64,000 nucleotides of DNA from an uncultured Bacteroidales bacterium (GTDB taxonomy: Bacteria > Bacteroidota > Bacteroidia > Bacteroidales > UBA932), in the NCBI GenBank assembly GCA_900316525.1, contig ONDF01000008.1, positions 21,077 through 85,076 on the forward strand, given 5' to 3'. A program made the position numbers and the translations under genes. The stretch's first letter is position 1, and each line of letters starts with the position of its first letter. Shown here piece by piece: positions 1-8,189 of the stretch. The notes below the pieces were generated by a model. The model had not been told where the DNA came from. It did not search any database and saw only the letters and a program-made list of their open reading frames with translations.

Positions 1-1967
1 GCGGCGACCTGACGAACTACCTGCCCATGACCCTGTCCAAGGATAAGGATACGGGCGAGTACGTCCGCACGTCCCAGTACGACGGTCACTACATCGAGGA
101 CGTGGGCATGCTCAAGATGGACTTCCTCGGGCTCATCACCCTGTCCATCATCCACAACTGCCTGAATCTCATCAAAGAGCGCTTCGGCGAGGACATCGAC
201 ATCGAGGCCATCCCCATCGACGACAAGCCCACCTACGAACTCTACGGCCGCGGCGACACCGTGAGCGTGTTCCAGTTCGAATCCGAGGGCATGCAGACGT
301 GGCTGCAGAAGCTCCGTCCCACCCGTTTCGAGGACCTTATCGCTATGAACGCCCTCTATCGGCCCGGGCCGATGGACTACATTCCGGACTTTGTCGCCCG
401 CAAGCAGGGCGAGCAGGCCATCGAGTATGACCTGCCGGAAATGGCTGAGTACCTGGAAGATACCTACGGCGTCACGGTGTATCAGGAGCAGGTGATGCTG
501 CTGTCCCAGAAGCTCGCCGACTTCACCAAGGGCGAGGCGGACAAGCTCCGCAAGGCGATGGGCAAGAAGCAGATCGACATCCTGAACTCCCTGAAGGGCA
601 AGTTCATGGAGGGCGGCATGAAGAACGGCCATCCGGAGAAGGTCCTGGACAAGATCTGGAAGGACTGGGAGAAGTTCGCCCAGTACGCCTTCAACAAGTC
701 GCACGCCACCTGCTACGCCTGGGTGAGCTACCAGACGGGCTGGCTCAAGTGCCACTATCCCTCCGAATTCTTCGCCTCCTGCCTCACCTATGCGAAGAGC
801 ATGGAGGAAATCAAGAAGATCATGGACGACGCCCGCGGCCACGGCATCCGCATCCTGAGCCCGGACGTGAACGAGAGCTCCGCGACCTATACCGTGAACA
901 AGGACGGCGACGTGCGCTTCTCCCTGGGCGGCATGAAGGGCTTCGGCGCCAACATTGTGGACCTGATTCTGAAGGACCGTGACGAAAACGGCTTATACAC
1001 AGATATTTACGACTTTGTGGAACGGATGGGCGGCGTCATCAACCGCAAGGCGTTCGAGACGCTCCTGTACGCCGGCGCGCTGGATGGTTTCGGCATCAAG
1101 CGGCGGCAGTACGAGCTCCCGGGCCGCAGCGGACAGCCGTTCATCGACGAGATCGTCCGGTACGGCGAACTGTACCGGAACGATACGGTCGATGCGGCCG
1201 CGTCCCTGTTCGGCGACATCGAGGAAATGAAGCCCGAGCGGCCTACAGTGCCGGAAATGGCAGGGGAGGAAGACTATCTGGGCTTCCTGCAGAAGGAGAA
1301 GGAGCTCGTGGGCATGTACCTGTCGTCGCACCCGCTGGACAAGTACCGGTTCGAGATGGACAACTTCACCACCTGCGAACTGGCGAACCTCGCGAACCTG
1401 GTTTCCGAGTGCGAACTGGCCAAGAAACCGGCCAAGGTGAGCGTCGCGGGCCTGGTGACGGACTACAAGCAGCTTCTCACAAAGTCGGGCGCCCCGTATT
1501 CCCGGACGATGCTCGAGGATTATTCCGGCAGCTACGAGCTTACGCTCTTCACCAAGCAGCACGAACAGTTCTTCATGTATATGGTCCCGCACGACGCGCT
1601 GTTCCTGGAAGGCGTGATCGAGGAGCGTTACTTCCTGCGCCCGGAGGAGAAGGCCCAGGGCAAGACGGTCCCATACACGTTTAAGCTCCAGAGCGTGACC
1701 CTGCTGGGCAATGTCGCCGAGAGCCGGATCAAGGCGTTCGGCATCAACATCGAAACGCCGATGCTCACCCCCGCCTTCCGCGAAGGCCTGGTGAAAGTGA
1801 TCTGGAAGCACAAGGGGAGCATCCCGCTGGAGGTTTTCTTCTTCGACCCGGACACCCGCTACCGCATCCAGCTGAAGTCCAACAAGTACCAGGTCGCCGT
1901 CTCGGAGGAGCTTCTGACGGACCTCCGGCACCTGGGCGTGGACCAGTTCGAGGTGGTGAAGAAATAG
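1..1967 (+). CDS. dnaE: DNA polymerase III alpha subunit, C-terminal part (5' end outside window)
   Basis: Reading frame of ORF 27..1967 is open to the window edge. Motifs FQFESEGM, NALYRPGPMD, YQEQVM and FNKSHATCYAWVSYQTGWLKCHYPSEFF are typical of DnaE. Confidence 0.9.
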   Translation, partial: GDLTNYLPMTLSKDKDTGEYVRTSQYDGHYIEDVGMLKMDFLGLITLSIIHNCLNLIKERFGEDIDIEAIPIDDKPTYELYGRGDTVSVFQFESEGMQTWLQKLRPTRFEDLIAMNALYRPGPMDYIPDFVARKQGEQAIEYDLPEMAEYLEDTYGVTVYQEQVMLLSQKLADFTKGEADKLRKAMGKKQIDILNSLKGKFMEGGMKNGHPEKVLDKIWKDWEKFAQYAFNKSHATCYAWVSYQTGWLKCHYPSEFFASCLTYAKSMEEIKKIMDDARGHGIRILSPDVNESSATYTVNKDGDVRFSLGGMKGFGANIVDLILKDRDENGLYTDIYDFVERMGGVINRKAFETLLYAGALDGFGIKRRQYELPGRSGQPFIDEIVRYGELYRNDTVDAAASLFGDIEEMKPERPTVPEMAGEEDYLGFLQKEKELVGMYLSSHPLDKYRFEMDNFTTCELANLANLVSECELAKKPAKVSVAGLVTDYKQLLTKSGAPYSRTMLEDYSGSYELTLFTKQHEQFFMYMVPHDALFLEGVIEERYFLRPEEKAQGKTVPYTFKLQSVTLLGNVAESRIKAFGINIETPMLTPAFREGLVKVIWKHKGSIPLEVFFFDPDTRYRIQLKSNKYQVAVSEELLTDLRHLGVDQFEVVKK

Positions 1968-1996
1968 GGGTGCGGTTTTTGCATGTCTTGGCACCG

Positions 1997-2980
1997 ATGA
2001 AATTCCGGCTCGCATACCTGCTTCTGCTCCTTTTTGCCCTCTCTTGCGGGAGGGGGAATCCGGCTTTGCGCTCGGCGGAGCGGGTGATCGAGGACCATCC
2101 GGACAGCGCCCTGTACATCCTGGACGGCGTTTCCCGCGTCAATCTCGCCAGCGAGCGGGAGAAGGCGGAGTACGATTTCCTGTCCGCCGAGGCGTTCTAC
2201 CGCACGTATTATTTCCTGGACGATGCGTCTGAAGCCGCGCTGGAGCGCGCCTGCCTGTATTTCGAGGCGAACGGTCCGGCCGTGGAGCGGATGCGGGCGT
2301 GGGAGCTCATGGGCACGATCCAGACCGCGGTGGGCCGATATGGCAGCGGGATGGTGTCGTTCCGCAAGGCGGGCGCCGTCGCGCGCGACATCGAGCGCTC
2401 GCGCAGCCGCCTCGGCATGCTCGCGCTCCTCGTCGCCGGCGTCCTGGCCACCTTGGTGCTCTATTTTTGGGCCCGGAAGATCCAGACGGAGCGGCTTCTT
2501 GCGGAAAAGCAGGCGGAGAACGAACGCTATCTGTCGGCGGCGGAGGACCTGCAGTCCAAGCTTTCGGCTTTGAAGGCCGACCGCCCGCGGATGGGCGGAA
2601 TCGACACGTTGGACCGCCTGTGCGAGCAGTACTATGTGTTTGAAGGAACATCCAACCTGCAGCCGCGCATCCTCAGCGAGGTGAAGGCCATCGTAGAGGG
2701 CCTCCGCAGCGACACGAAGGCGCAGAAGAACCTGGAACAGTCCCTGGATGAGCGCGCCGGCGGCGTCATGAAGCGCCTCCGCGCCGCCTTCCCCAAGTGG
2801 AAGGACGAGGACTTCCTCCTGTACCTCTTCACCGCCTCCGGCTTCTCCGCCACCACCATCTCCACCCTCCTGGAGAAAGACAAACCCTACGTCTACAACC
2901 GCCTCTACCGCCTCAAGGAGCGCATCAAGGCCTCCTCCTCGCCCGACAGCGAGGACTTCCTGGCGTGCTTGGAGAAATAA
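1997..2980 (+). CDS. hypothetical membrane-associated protein with C-terminal HTH-like segment (possible regulator)
   Basis: ORF 1970..2980. The internal Met at 1997 gives a lipoprotein-type signal MKFRLAYLLLLLFALSCG. There is a mid-protein hydrophobic helix LGMLALLVAGVLATLVLYFWA, and the C-terminal GFSATTISTLLEKDKPYVYNRLYRLKERI looks HTH-like. Family not assignable by eye. Confidence 0.5.
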   Translation: MKFRLAYLLLLLFALSCGRGNPALRSAERVIEDHPDSALYILDGVSRVNLASEREKAEYDFLSAEAFYRTYYFLDDASEAALERACLYFEANGPAVERMRAWELMGTIQTAVGRYGSGMVSFRKAGAVARDIERSRSRLGMLALLVAGVLATLVLYFWARKIQTERLLAEKQAENERYLSAAEDLQSKLSALKADRPRMGGIDTLDRLCEQYYVFEGTSNLQPRILSEVKAIVEGLRSDTKAQKNLEQSLDERAGGVMKRLRAAFPKWKDEDFLLYLFTASGFSATTISTLLEKDKPYVYNRLYRLKERIKASSSPDSEDFLACLEK

Positions 2981-2984
2981 AAAA

Positions 2985-3008
2985 GCGAGACCCTCAGGCC
3001 TCGCTTTC
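2985..3008. terminator. possible bidirectional hairpin between convergent genes
   Basis: gcgag(2985-2989)/ctcgc(3000-3004) stem with inner cc/gg pairs, A-run upstream and ttt downstream. It overlaps the last codons of the minus-strand CDS. Confidence 0.3.
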
Positions 3009-4001
3009 GTCTTTCCACCCCTGCGCTTTCACCGGGAACTCGACGCCTTCGGGCGTGACGAGGACGGTGCCCGCGTCGGGCTGGGCGAGGTGGCCGATGA
3101 TGTCGAAGGTCTGGAAGTCGCGGCGGAACTTCTCCGCGTGCAGGATCGGGACCGTGAAGAGAAGCCGCATGTCGTCGCCGCCGTTGAAGGCGGCCGAGAC
3201 CGGGTCGATGTCCAGCTGCTTGCCGAGTTGGAAGGTGTTGCCTTCGAAGGGGATGTGGTCCGCATAGACCTTGGCGCCGAGGCCGCTGTCGCGCTGCAGG
3301 CGCTTCAGGGCGTCGCCGAGGCCTTTCGTGACGAAGTAACCGTAGGACGGGTAGATTTCCGCGTCCTCCAGCTTCGAGACGACGGCGGCATCCAGTTCCG
3401 GACGCAGGTAATCGCCCACGAACATCCGCCAAGGGGCCATGTCGGGCTGCTGACCGGTCTTCTCGAAATCCTTCCGCCCCTTCTCCAGCACCTGCATGCC
3501 CAGGTAGGCCGCGCCCAGGCGGCCGGAGATGCACAGCAGGTCCTTCGATTTGGCGGCCATGCGCCGCTTGTCGGTGAGGAGGGACGTTTCACCCGTCGCC
3601 GCGAGGCTGATGAACAGTCCGTTGTTGGAGGGCTGCAGGTCCAGGTTCACGGCCTCGAAGCCGTGCTCCTTCGCCGCGACCGTGATGCCCATCCAGAGCT
3701 CCTTCACATGGTCGAAGTCCAGTTTGGAGGAGATCCCGAGGATCACATTCAGCAGTTTCGGGTGCGCGAGGGCAGCGTACAGTTCGCCTACGGTCCCGAC
3801 GACGCACTTGTAGCCCAGGTGCTTGAGCGGGAAATACACGAGGTTGAAGTCGATGCCCTCGAGGAACATCCGCGCGGCGGTATGGACCTTGCCCCCGTTC
3901 GCGGCGGTGTAGGTCAATCCCGGGACGGGATGATAAGCAGAGAGGCGATAGAGCTGGTCTATCGCCTCTACTTTTCCGATGTCCGAAAAGCTTTCGGCCA
4001 T
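2994..4001 (-). CDS. AIR synthase-related (PurM/ThiL-like) protein
   Basis: 335-aa ORF with overall PurM-fold-like layout (two-domain, GxxLxIxG.. segments, C-terminal DIIGHL...). Resembles Bacteroidetes proteins annotated AIR synthase-related/thiamine-monophosphate kinase. The canonical N-terminal DDAA motif is not seen. Confidence 0.55.
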   Translation of the reverse strand: MAESFSDIGKVEAIDQLYRLSAYHPVPGLTYTAANGGKVHTAARMFLEGIDFNLVYFPLKHLGYKCVVGTVGELYAALAHPKLLNVILGISSKLDFDHVKELWMGITVAAKEHGFEAVNLDLQPSNNGLFISLAATGETSLLTDKRRMAAKSKDLLCISGRLGAAYLGMQVLEKGRKDFEKTGQQPDMAPWRMFVGDYLRPELDAAVVSKLEDAEIYPSYGYFVTKGLGDALKRLQRDSGLGAKVYADHIPFEGNTFQLGKQLDIDPVSAAFNGGDDMRLLFTVPILHAEKFRRDFQTFDIIGHLAQPDAGTVLVTPEGVEFPVKAQGWKDESEA

Positions 4002-4003
4002 AC

Positions 4004-4696
4004 TTATCGGAGCTGGAAGATCACCGGGAAGGTGTAGGTGACCTTGACGGCGCGGTCACGCTGCTTGCCGGGCTTCCACTTCGGGGAGCTGGAAACAACG
4101 CGGACGGCTTCCTTGTCCAGGGATTCGTCGACACCACGCAGGACCTTCACGTTGGTCACGCGGCCGTCGGCCTCCACGGTGAACTGGAGGGTCACACGAC
4201 CCTGCACGCCGTTCTCCTTCGCGATTTCCGGATAGACGAGCTTGGAATTCACCCACTTCGAGAACTCGTTCGCATCGCCGCCGTTGAAGGACGGCTTCTG
4301 TTCCACGAGCTGGAACGGGATGGCCTCTTCCTCGACTTCCTCTTCCACGACCTCGGCTTCCTTGTAGTCCATGATCTCGACGCCGGTGTTGTCGTCTTCG
4401 AGGTTCATGAACATGTCGTCATCGAGCTTGATGTCATCGTCCACGATGTCGATCTGGTCGGAAAGGACGGGGATGTTCGGGGCCTCGGGGGGCGGCGGAG
4501 GGGTGTCGTTCTGGATGGCGACCATTTCCTCTTCGACGAGGACCTGGGTGGTGTCCTCGAGGACAGCCACCTGCGCATCCTTGGAGGAGTGCTCGAAAGC
4601 TGCCCACACGATACCGAGCGCGACCACGAGGCCGATCTCCGTGAAGAGCAGTTTCTTGTTCTCCAAGCTGGCTTTTTCGGATTTCTTGATTTCCAT
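4004..4696 (-). CDS. tonB: energy transducer TonB family protein (paralogue 1)
   Basis: Start chosen at MEIKKSEKASLENKK (ORF 4004..4762). It has an N-terminal TM helix, a Pro/acidic linker (PPPPPEAP) and a C-terminal TonB_C-like YPEIAKENGVQGRVTLQFTVEADGRVTNVKVLRG. Confidence 0.85.
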   Translation of the reverse strand: MEIKKSEKASLENKKLLFTEIGLVVALGIVWAAFEHSSKDAQVAVLEDTTQVLVEEEMVAIQNDTPPPPPEAPNIPVLSDQIDIVDDDIKLDDDMFMNLEDDNTGVEIMDYKEAEVVEEEVEEEAIPFQLVEQKPSFNGGDANEFSKWVNSKLVYPEIAKENGVQGRVTLQFTVEADGRVTNVKVLRGVDESLDKEAVRVVSSSPKWKPGKQRDRAVKVTYTFPVIFQLR

Positions 4697-4893
4697 TTCT
4701 ATCGTTGTTTGTGGTTTTTCACTGATGCAAAGGTCGGCATTCCCTTCCAAGGGTGCAAACAATTCCGAAAAAACCTTCTCGCAGACGCGTGTTTAATAGG
4801 TATTGAAAATCAGATAGTTACAAGAATCCCGATTTTGTGATTTCTCGCAACTGCCCGAAAACCTGCCGTTAACCACCGAAATCCGGTCGTTCA

Positions 4894-5583
4894 CTAACGC
4901 AGTCGATAGATGACCGGGAAGGTGTAGGAGACCTTGACGGCGCGGTCGCGCTGGCGGCCCGGCTCCCACTTCGGAGAGGAGGAAACGACCCGGACCGCCT
5001 CCTTGGCCAGCGACTCGTCCGGCGCGCTGAGGACCTTCACGTTCTCCAGGCGACCGTCCTTGCTGATCGTGAACTGGAGGGTGACACGGCCCTCGACGCC
5101 GTTCTCCTTGGCAATTTCCGGATACACCAGCTTGGAATTCACCCACTTCGAGAATTCGTTCGCGTCGCCACCGTTGAACTTCGGCTTTTCCTCGACGACC
5201 CCCACATAGATGACTTCCTCTTCCACTTCCTCCTGGATCACCTCCTGGTGGCTGTAGTCCCGGATATCCACGGGCACGTTCGTGTCGTCCAAGCTCTGGA
5301 AGTCCAGGTCCACGGTGACGTCGTTGTCGACAATCTCCAGCTCGTCCGACAGCATCGGCAAGGCAGGTATTTCCGGTGCAGGCGGGGGTGTATCCAGCGT
5401 GACAGCGAGGATGTCGTCTTCGTCGTCGATGACCGTATTCACCGGCAGCAGGGTCGCTTGCTGCACGCGGGTGGAGCTTTCAAGCCCCGCATAGACCACG
5501 AGGAGGGCCGCGATGAGCCCCAGCTCGGCAAAGATCAGCCGCTTGTTTTCGAGGCTGGCTTTTTCAGTTTTCTTGATTTCCAT
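4894..5583 (-). CDS. tonB: energy transducer TonB family protein (paralogue 2)
   Basis: Start chosen at MEIKKTEKASLENKR (ORF 4894..5616). Same architecture as paralogue 1, with a near-identical C-terminal domain (FNGGDANEFSKWVNSKLVYPEIAKENGVEGRVTLQF...). Confidence 0.85.
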   Translation of the reverse strand: MEIKKTEKASLENKRLIFAELGLIAALLVVYAGLESSTRVQQATLLPVNTVIDDEDDILAVTLDTPPPAPEIPALPMLSDELEIVDNDVTVDLDFQSLDDTNVPVDIRDYSHQEVIQEEVEEEVIYVGVVEEKPKFNGGDANEFSKWVNSKLVYPEIAKENGVEGRVTLQFTISKDGRLENVKVLSAPDESLAKEAVRVVSSSPKWEPGRQRDRAVKVSYTFPVIYRLR

Positions 5584-5704
5584 GGCGCAATGTTTTAAGG
5601 GTTTGACTTGGTGCAAAGTTAGCCCCGGAAAAGCGCGAAATCAATGACAGAAAGCGTTTGCGAACTCGCGACGTAAAACCACAACCAGCTGACAATCAGC
5701 CACA

Positions 5705-5740
5705 TAAAAAGTGAGAGGTGCACAAAAAAGTGCACCTCTC
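5705..5740 (-). terminator. intrinsic terminator downstream of the histidine phosphatase gene
   Basis: Perfect 11-bp stem gagaggtgcac(5713-5723)/gtgcacctctc(5730-5740), 6-nt loop, and a U-run on the minus strand (plus-strand taaaaa 5705-5710). Confidence 0.55.
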
Positions 5741-5768
5741 CAGCGTTATCTCGCAGAGGGACAGTCGT

Positions 5769-7019
5769 TTACCTCCCGTACCGGGACTTGAAGGCCTCCC
5801 AGCTGTAATACGGCCAGTTGCCCGTCTCCAGGGGGAGGCGGGCTTCTTCGCCGTTGAGGAGCACCTTGAAGAGGACGGTGGGGTTCTTCTTGGAACGGTA
5901 GAATACGAACTGCAGGTTCGCGCCCATGGGGACCTGGTAGGTCTGGCTCCAGCGATGGATTTCGTCGGCGGTGAGGTTGTCGTGGCCGATGCCGTTGACG
6001 TCCAGGATCTGCATCAGGGGCAGGATCGTGTAGTCGTGGCCGAAGCGGAGGTCGGCGCCGATGCGGCCGGCGGCGATGCGGTCGTCGGCCTTGGCGATGA
6101 TGTCGTCCACGATGGGCTGGTAGCCCTTGTGCGTGGGCCAGATCTCGGTGTAGAACTGGAAGTTGTCCACCTTCCAGAGGTCGATGAGCTCCTCATCGGT
6201 AAACAGGTCGTTGAAATCCAGGTCCGTATCCAGGCTGTTCATGCCCTGGGCGAAGAACCACAGGTAGGAAACGAGGTCCCACTGCTTCTCCGGGGCCACG
6301 GCCTTGTCGGCGTCCTTGAACAGGCGGGAGAGGATGGCCTTGCTGTCCACGGTGCGGGCGATGAACTGCGCCCAGGTCTCCGGGACCTTCGGCGGCGTCT
6401 GCTCGAAGTTCTTGTCCCGGAAGGGGTTGCTGCTGTCCTGCGGGAGGATGGCCGGGAGGAATACCTTGCCGAAGTTCTCGTACAGGTCGATCTCCGGATT
6501 CATCCCCTTCAGCCCCTGGCAGAAGGCCGACATCGTCATGACGCAGCGGGTGGAGGTCGATGTCCACGCGCGGACCTCGGCCCCGTCGGGGAACACCTTC
6601 GGGAAGTTCTTGTACATCCGTTCCGCCAGCTTCTCCTGCTGTTTCCAGCCCTTGCGGGAAAGGTCGCCCACGCGGTAGCGGACCTCCGGATACAGGCTGT
6701 CGTACCGGCGCTTGTAGTCCTTGCCGAGTTCCGTCAGGTTGCCGGCGGCATCGGCTTCCGACAGGGCGCTGTTGATCTTCTCGTAGATGTCGCTCTGCCA
6801 GGCGTAGCGGGCGCCGTGACGGCCGTAGTGGCTGATATAGAAGACCTTGTAGCCCTTCGGCGCCTTGGTGAGCGCCACGGGGCCCGTCGGACACAGGTAG
6901 TCCGTCCCGGCGAGGAGTTCGGGGTGCGCCTGCAGGTGCGCTTCGATGTCCGGCTGCTGGGCCGAGGCGACAAGGGCGGCCGCCGCGAGGCAGGCGGCCA
7001 GGAAAATCCGTTTCATCAT
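5769..7019 (-). CDS. histidine-type (acid) phosphatase, secreted
   Basis: True start MMKRIFLAACLAAAALVASAQ lies within ORF 5769..7523. RHG motif (HYGRHGARY) and HD motif (RFGHDYT) are present. 4-bp ATGA overlap with the upstream regulator gene. Confidence 0.8.
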   Translation of the reverse strand: MMKRIFLAACLAAAALVASAQQPDIEAHLQAHPELLAGTDYLCPTGPVALTKAPKGYKVFYISHYGRHGARYAWQSDIYEKINSALSEADAAGNLTELGKDYKRRYDSLYPEVRYRVGDLSRKGWKQQEKLAERMYKNFPKVFPDGAEVRAWTSTSTRCVMTMSAFCQGLKGMNPEIDLYENFGKVFLPAILPQDSSNPFRDKNFEQTPPKVPETWAQFIARTVDSKAILSRLFKDADKAVAPEKQWDLVSYLWFFAQGMNSLDTDLDFNDLFTDEELIDLWKVDNFQFYTEIWPTHKGYQPIVDDIIAKADDRIAAGRIGADLRFGHDYTILPLMQILDVNGIGHDNLTADEIHRWSQTYQVPMGANLQFVFYRSKKNPTVLFKVLLNGEEARLPLETGNWPYYSWEAFKSRYGR

Positions 7020-8182
7020 GACTGTTTCTTGCGTTTGTTCTCTCTCCATTCCACCGGCGTGCAGCCGTACAGCTGCTTGAACCGGCGGGATATGCTCTTG
7101 GTATCGTTCTCGCCCATGGACAGGGCGATGTTGATCACTTGTTCGTCCGTTTCTTCCAGCTGCTCGGCGAAGTACCGGAGCTTCTGGTCGGTGATGTACT
7201 CGTACAGCGTCTTGCCGGTGACGCTTTTGAAGCGCCGCTCCAGGAGCCGCCGCGACAGCGCCGCTTCCGTCATCACATCGGCCACTGAAATCTTCTTCAG
7301 GGCGTTCTTGTGGATGTACAGGATGGCCTTCAGGATCTGCTGGTCGTTCGTGGCGAAGGCGGCCGTGGACATCCGGCTCACGATCTTGACGGGTTTCAGC
7401 ACGACGTCCTCCGCCGGGGCGGCGGGATCCGCGACGAGCTTCTCCACGAGGGCCGCCGTCTGCCGGCCGCCTTCCTCGATGTCGATCTGGACGCTGGACA
7501 GCGTGGCGCTGCCCAGGTTGCACAGCGACTCGTCATTGTCCACGCCCATCACGGATACCTCCGACGGGATCTTGATGCCAAGGCCGTGGCAGGCCTCGAT
7601 GAGGTTCGATCCCTGGTTGTCGTCGCAGGCCATGATGGCGATCGGCTTCGGAATCATCTGGAGCCATTCGCGCACGCGGTTGCGCTGGTAGTGCCAGACC
7701 ATCGCGATCTCCTGCATCCGGTAGGCGTAGAAGGAGTCGCCGAAGCCGGCGGCTTCCACTTCGCGCCGGAATCCCTCGCAGCGCTCGTCCGACCAGCACA
7801 CGTCGTTGAAGCCGAAGAACCCGAAGTTCCGGAAACCCCTGTCCAGGAAGAACTTGGCGGCCATCCGGCCCGTGCCGATGTAGTCGGCCGTGATGTTCGG
7901 GATCGTGGTGAATTTCTTCTTGTAGTCCTGCGCGATGGCGACGATCCCGCTCTCGGCGAACAGGCCGACGTTATCCGTGGGCTCGAACTGGCCGATCACC
8001 GCGTCGATGTCCCAGTCCTTGGCCAAGTGGATGACGCCCGGGATGCCGATCTTGGCCTTGTACTCGGGCGGCATCCGGCGGACGATCCACTGCTCCTTGC
8101 GGCGGGAATAGTCCACGATGCCGGCGAGGAGCTTGTGGGAGAAGGATTCCGTGAAGTCGGATATGATGAGGACGCGGATCAT
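7016..8182 (-). CDS. XylR-like hybrid regulator (periplasmic-binding-protein-like sugar sensor domain + AraC-type HTH)
   Basis: 388 aa. The N-terminal ~270 aa look like a LacI/PBP-type domain, and the C-terminal part is AraC HTH-like (ISVADVMTEAALSRRLLERRFKSVTGKTLYEYITDQKLRYFAEQL...SRRFKQLYGCTPVEWR). Confidence 0.85.
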   Translation of the reverse strand: MIRVLIISDFTESFSHKLLAGIVDYSRRKEQWIVRRMPPEYKAKIGIPGVIHLAKDWDIDAVIGQFEPTDNVGLFAESGIVAIAQDYKKKFTTIPNITADYIGTGRMAAKFFLDRGFRNFGFFGFNDVCWSDERCEGFRREVEAAGFGDSFYAYRMQEIAMVWHYQRNRVREWLQMIPKPIAIMACDDNQGSNLIEACHGLGIKIPSEVSVMGVDNDESLCNLGSATLSSVQIDIEEGGRQTAALVEKLVADPAAPAEDVVLKPVKIVSRMSTAAFATNDQQILKAILYIHKNALKKISVADVMTEAALSRRLLERRFKSVTGKTLYEYITDQKLRYFAEQLEETDEQVINIALSMGENDTKSISRRFKQLYGCTPVEWRENKRKKQS

Positions 8183-8189
8183 CGGCGGA

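Noticed and set aside
5769-7523. 584-aa ORF suggesting a much longer phosphatase or a fusion/pseudogene (similarly the 5' extensions of ORFs 25790, 34103, 39948, 43648..44580, 53684)
   Set aside because: The upstream extensions overlap the neighbouring gene in another frame and are Arg/Pro/Gly-rich nonsense. Internal Met codons give canonical signal/lipoprotein peptides, so these are ordinary genes with shorter true starts.
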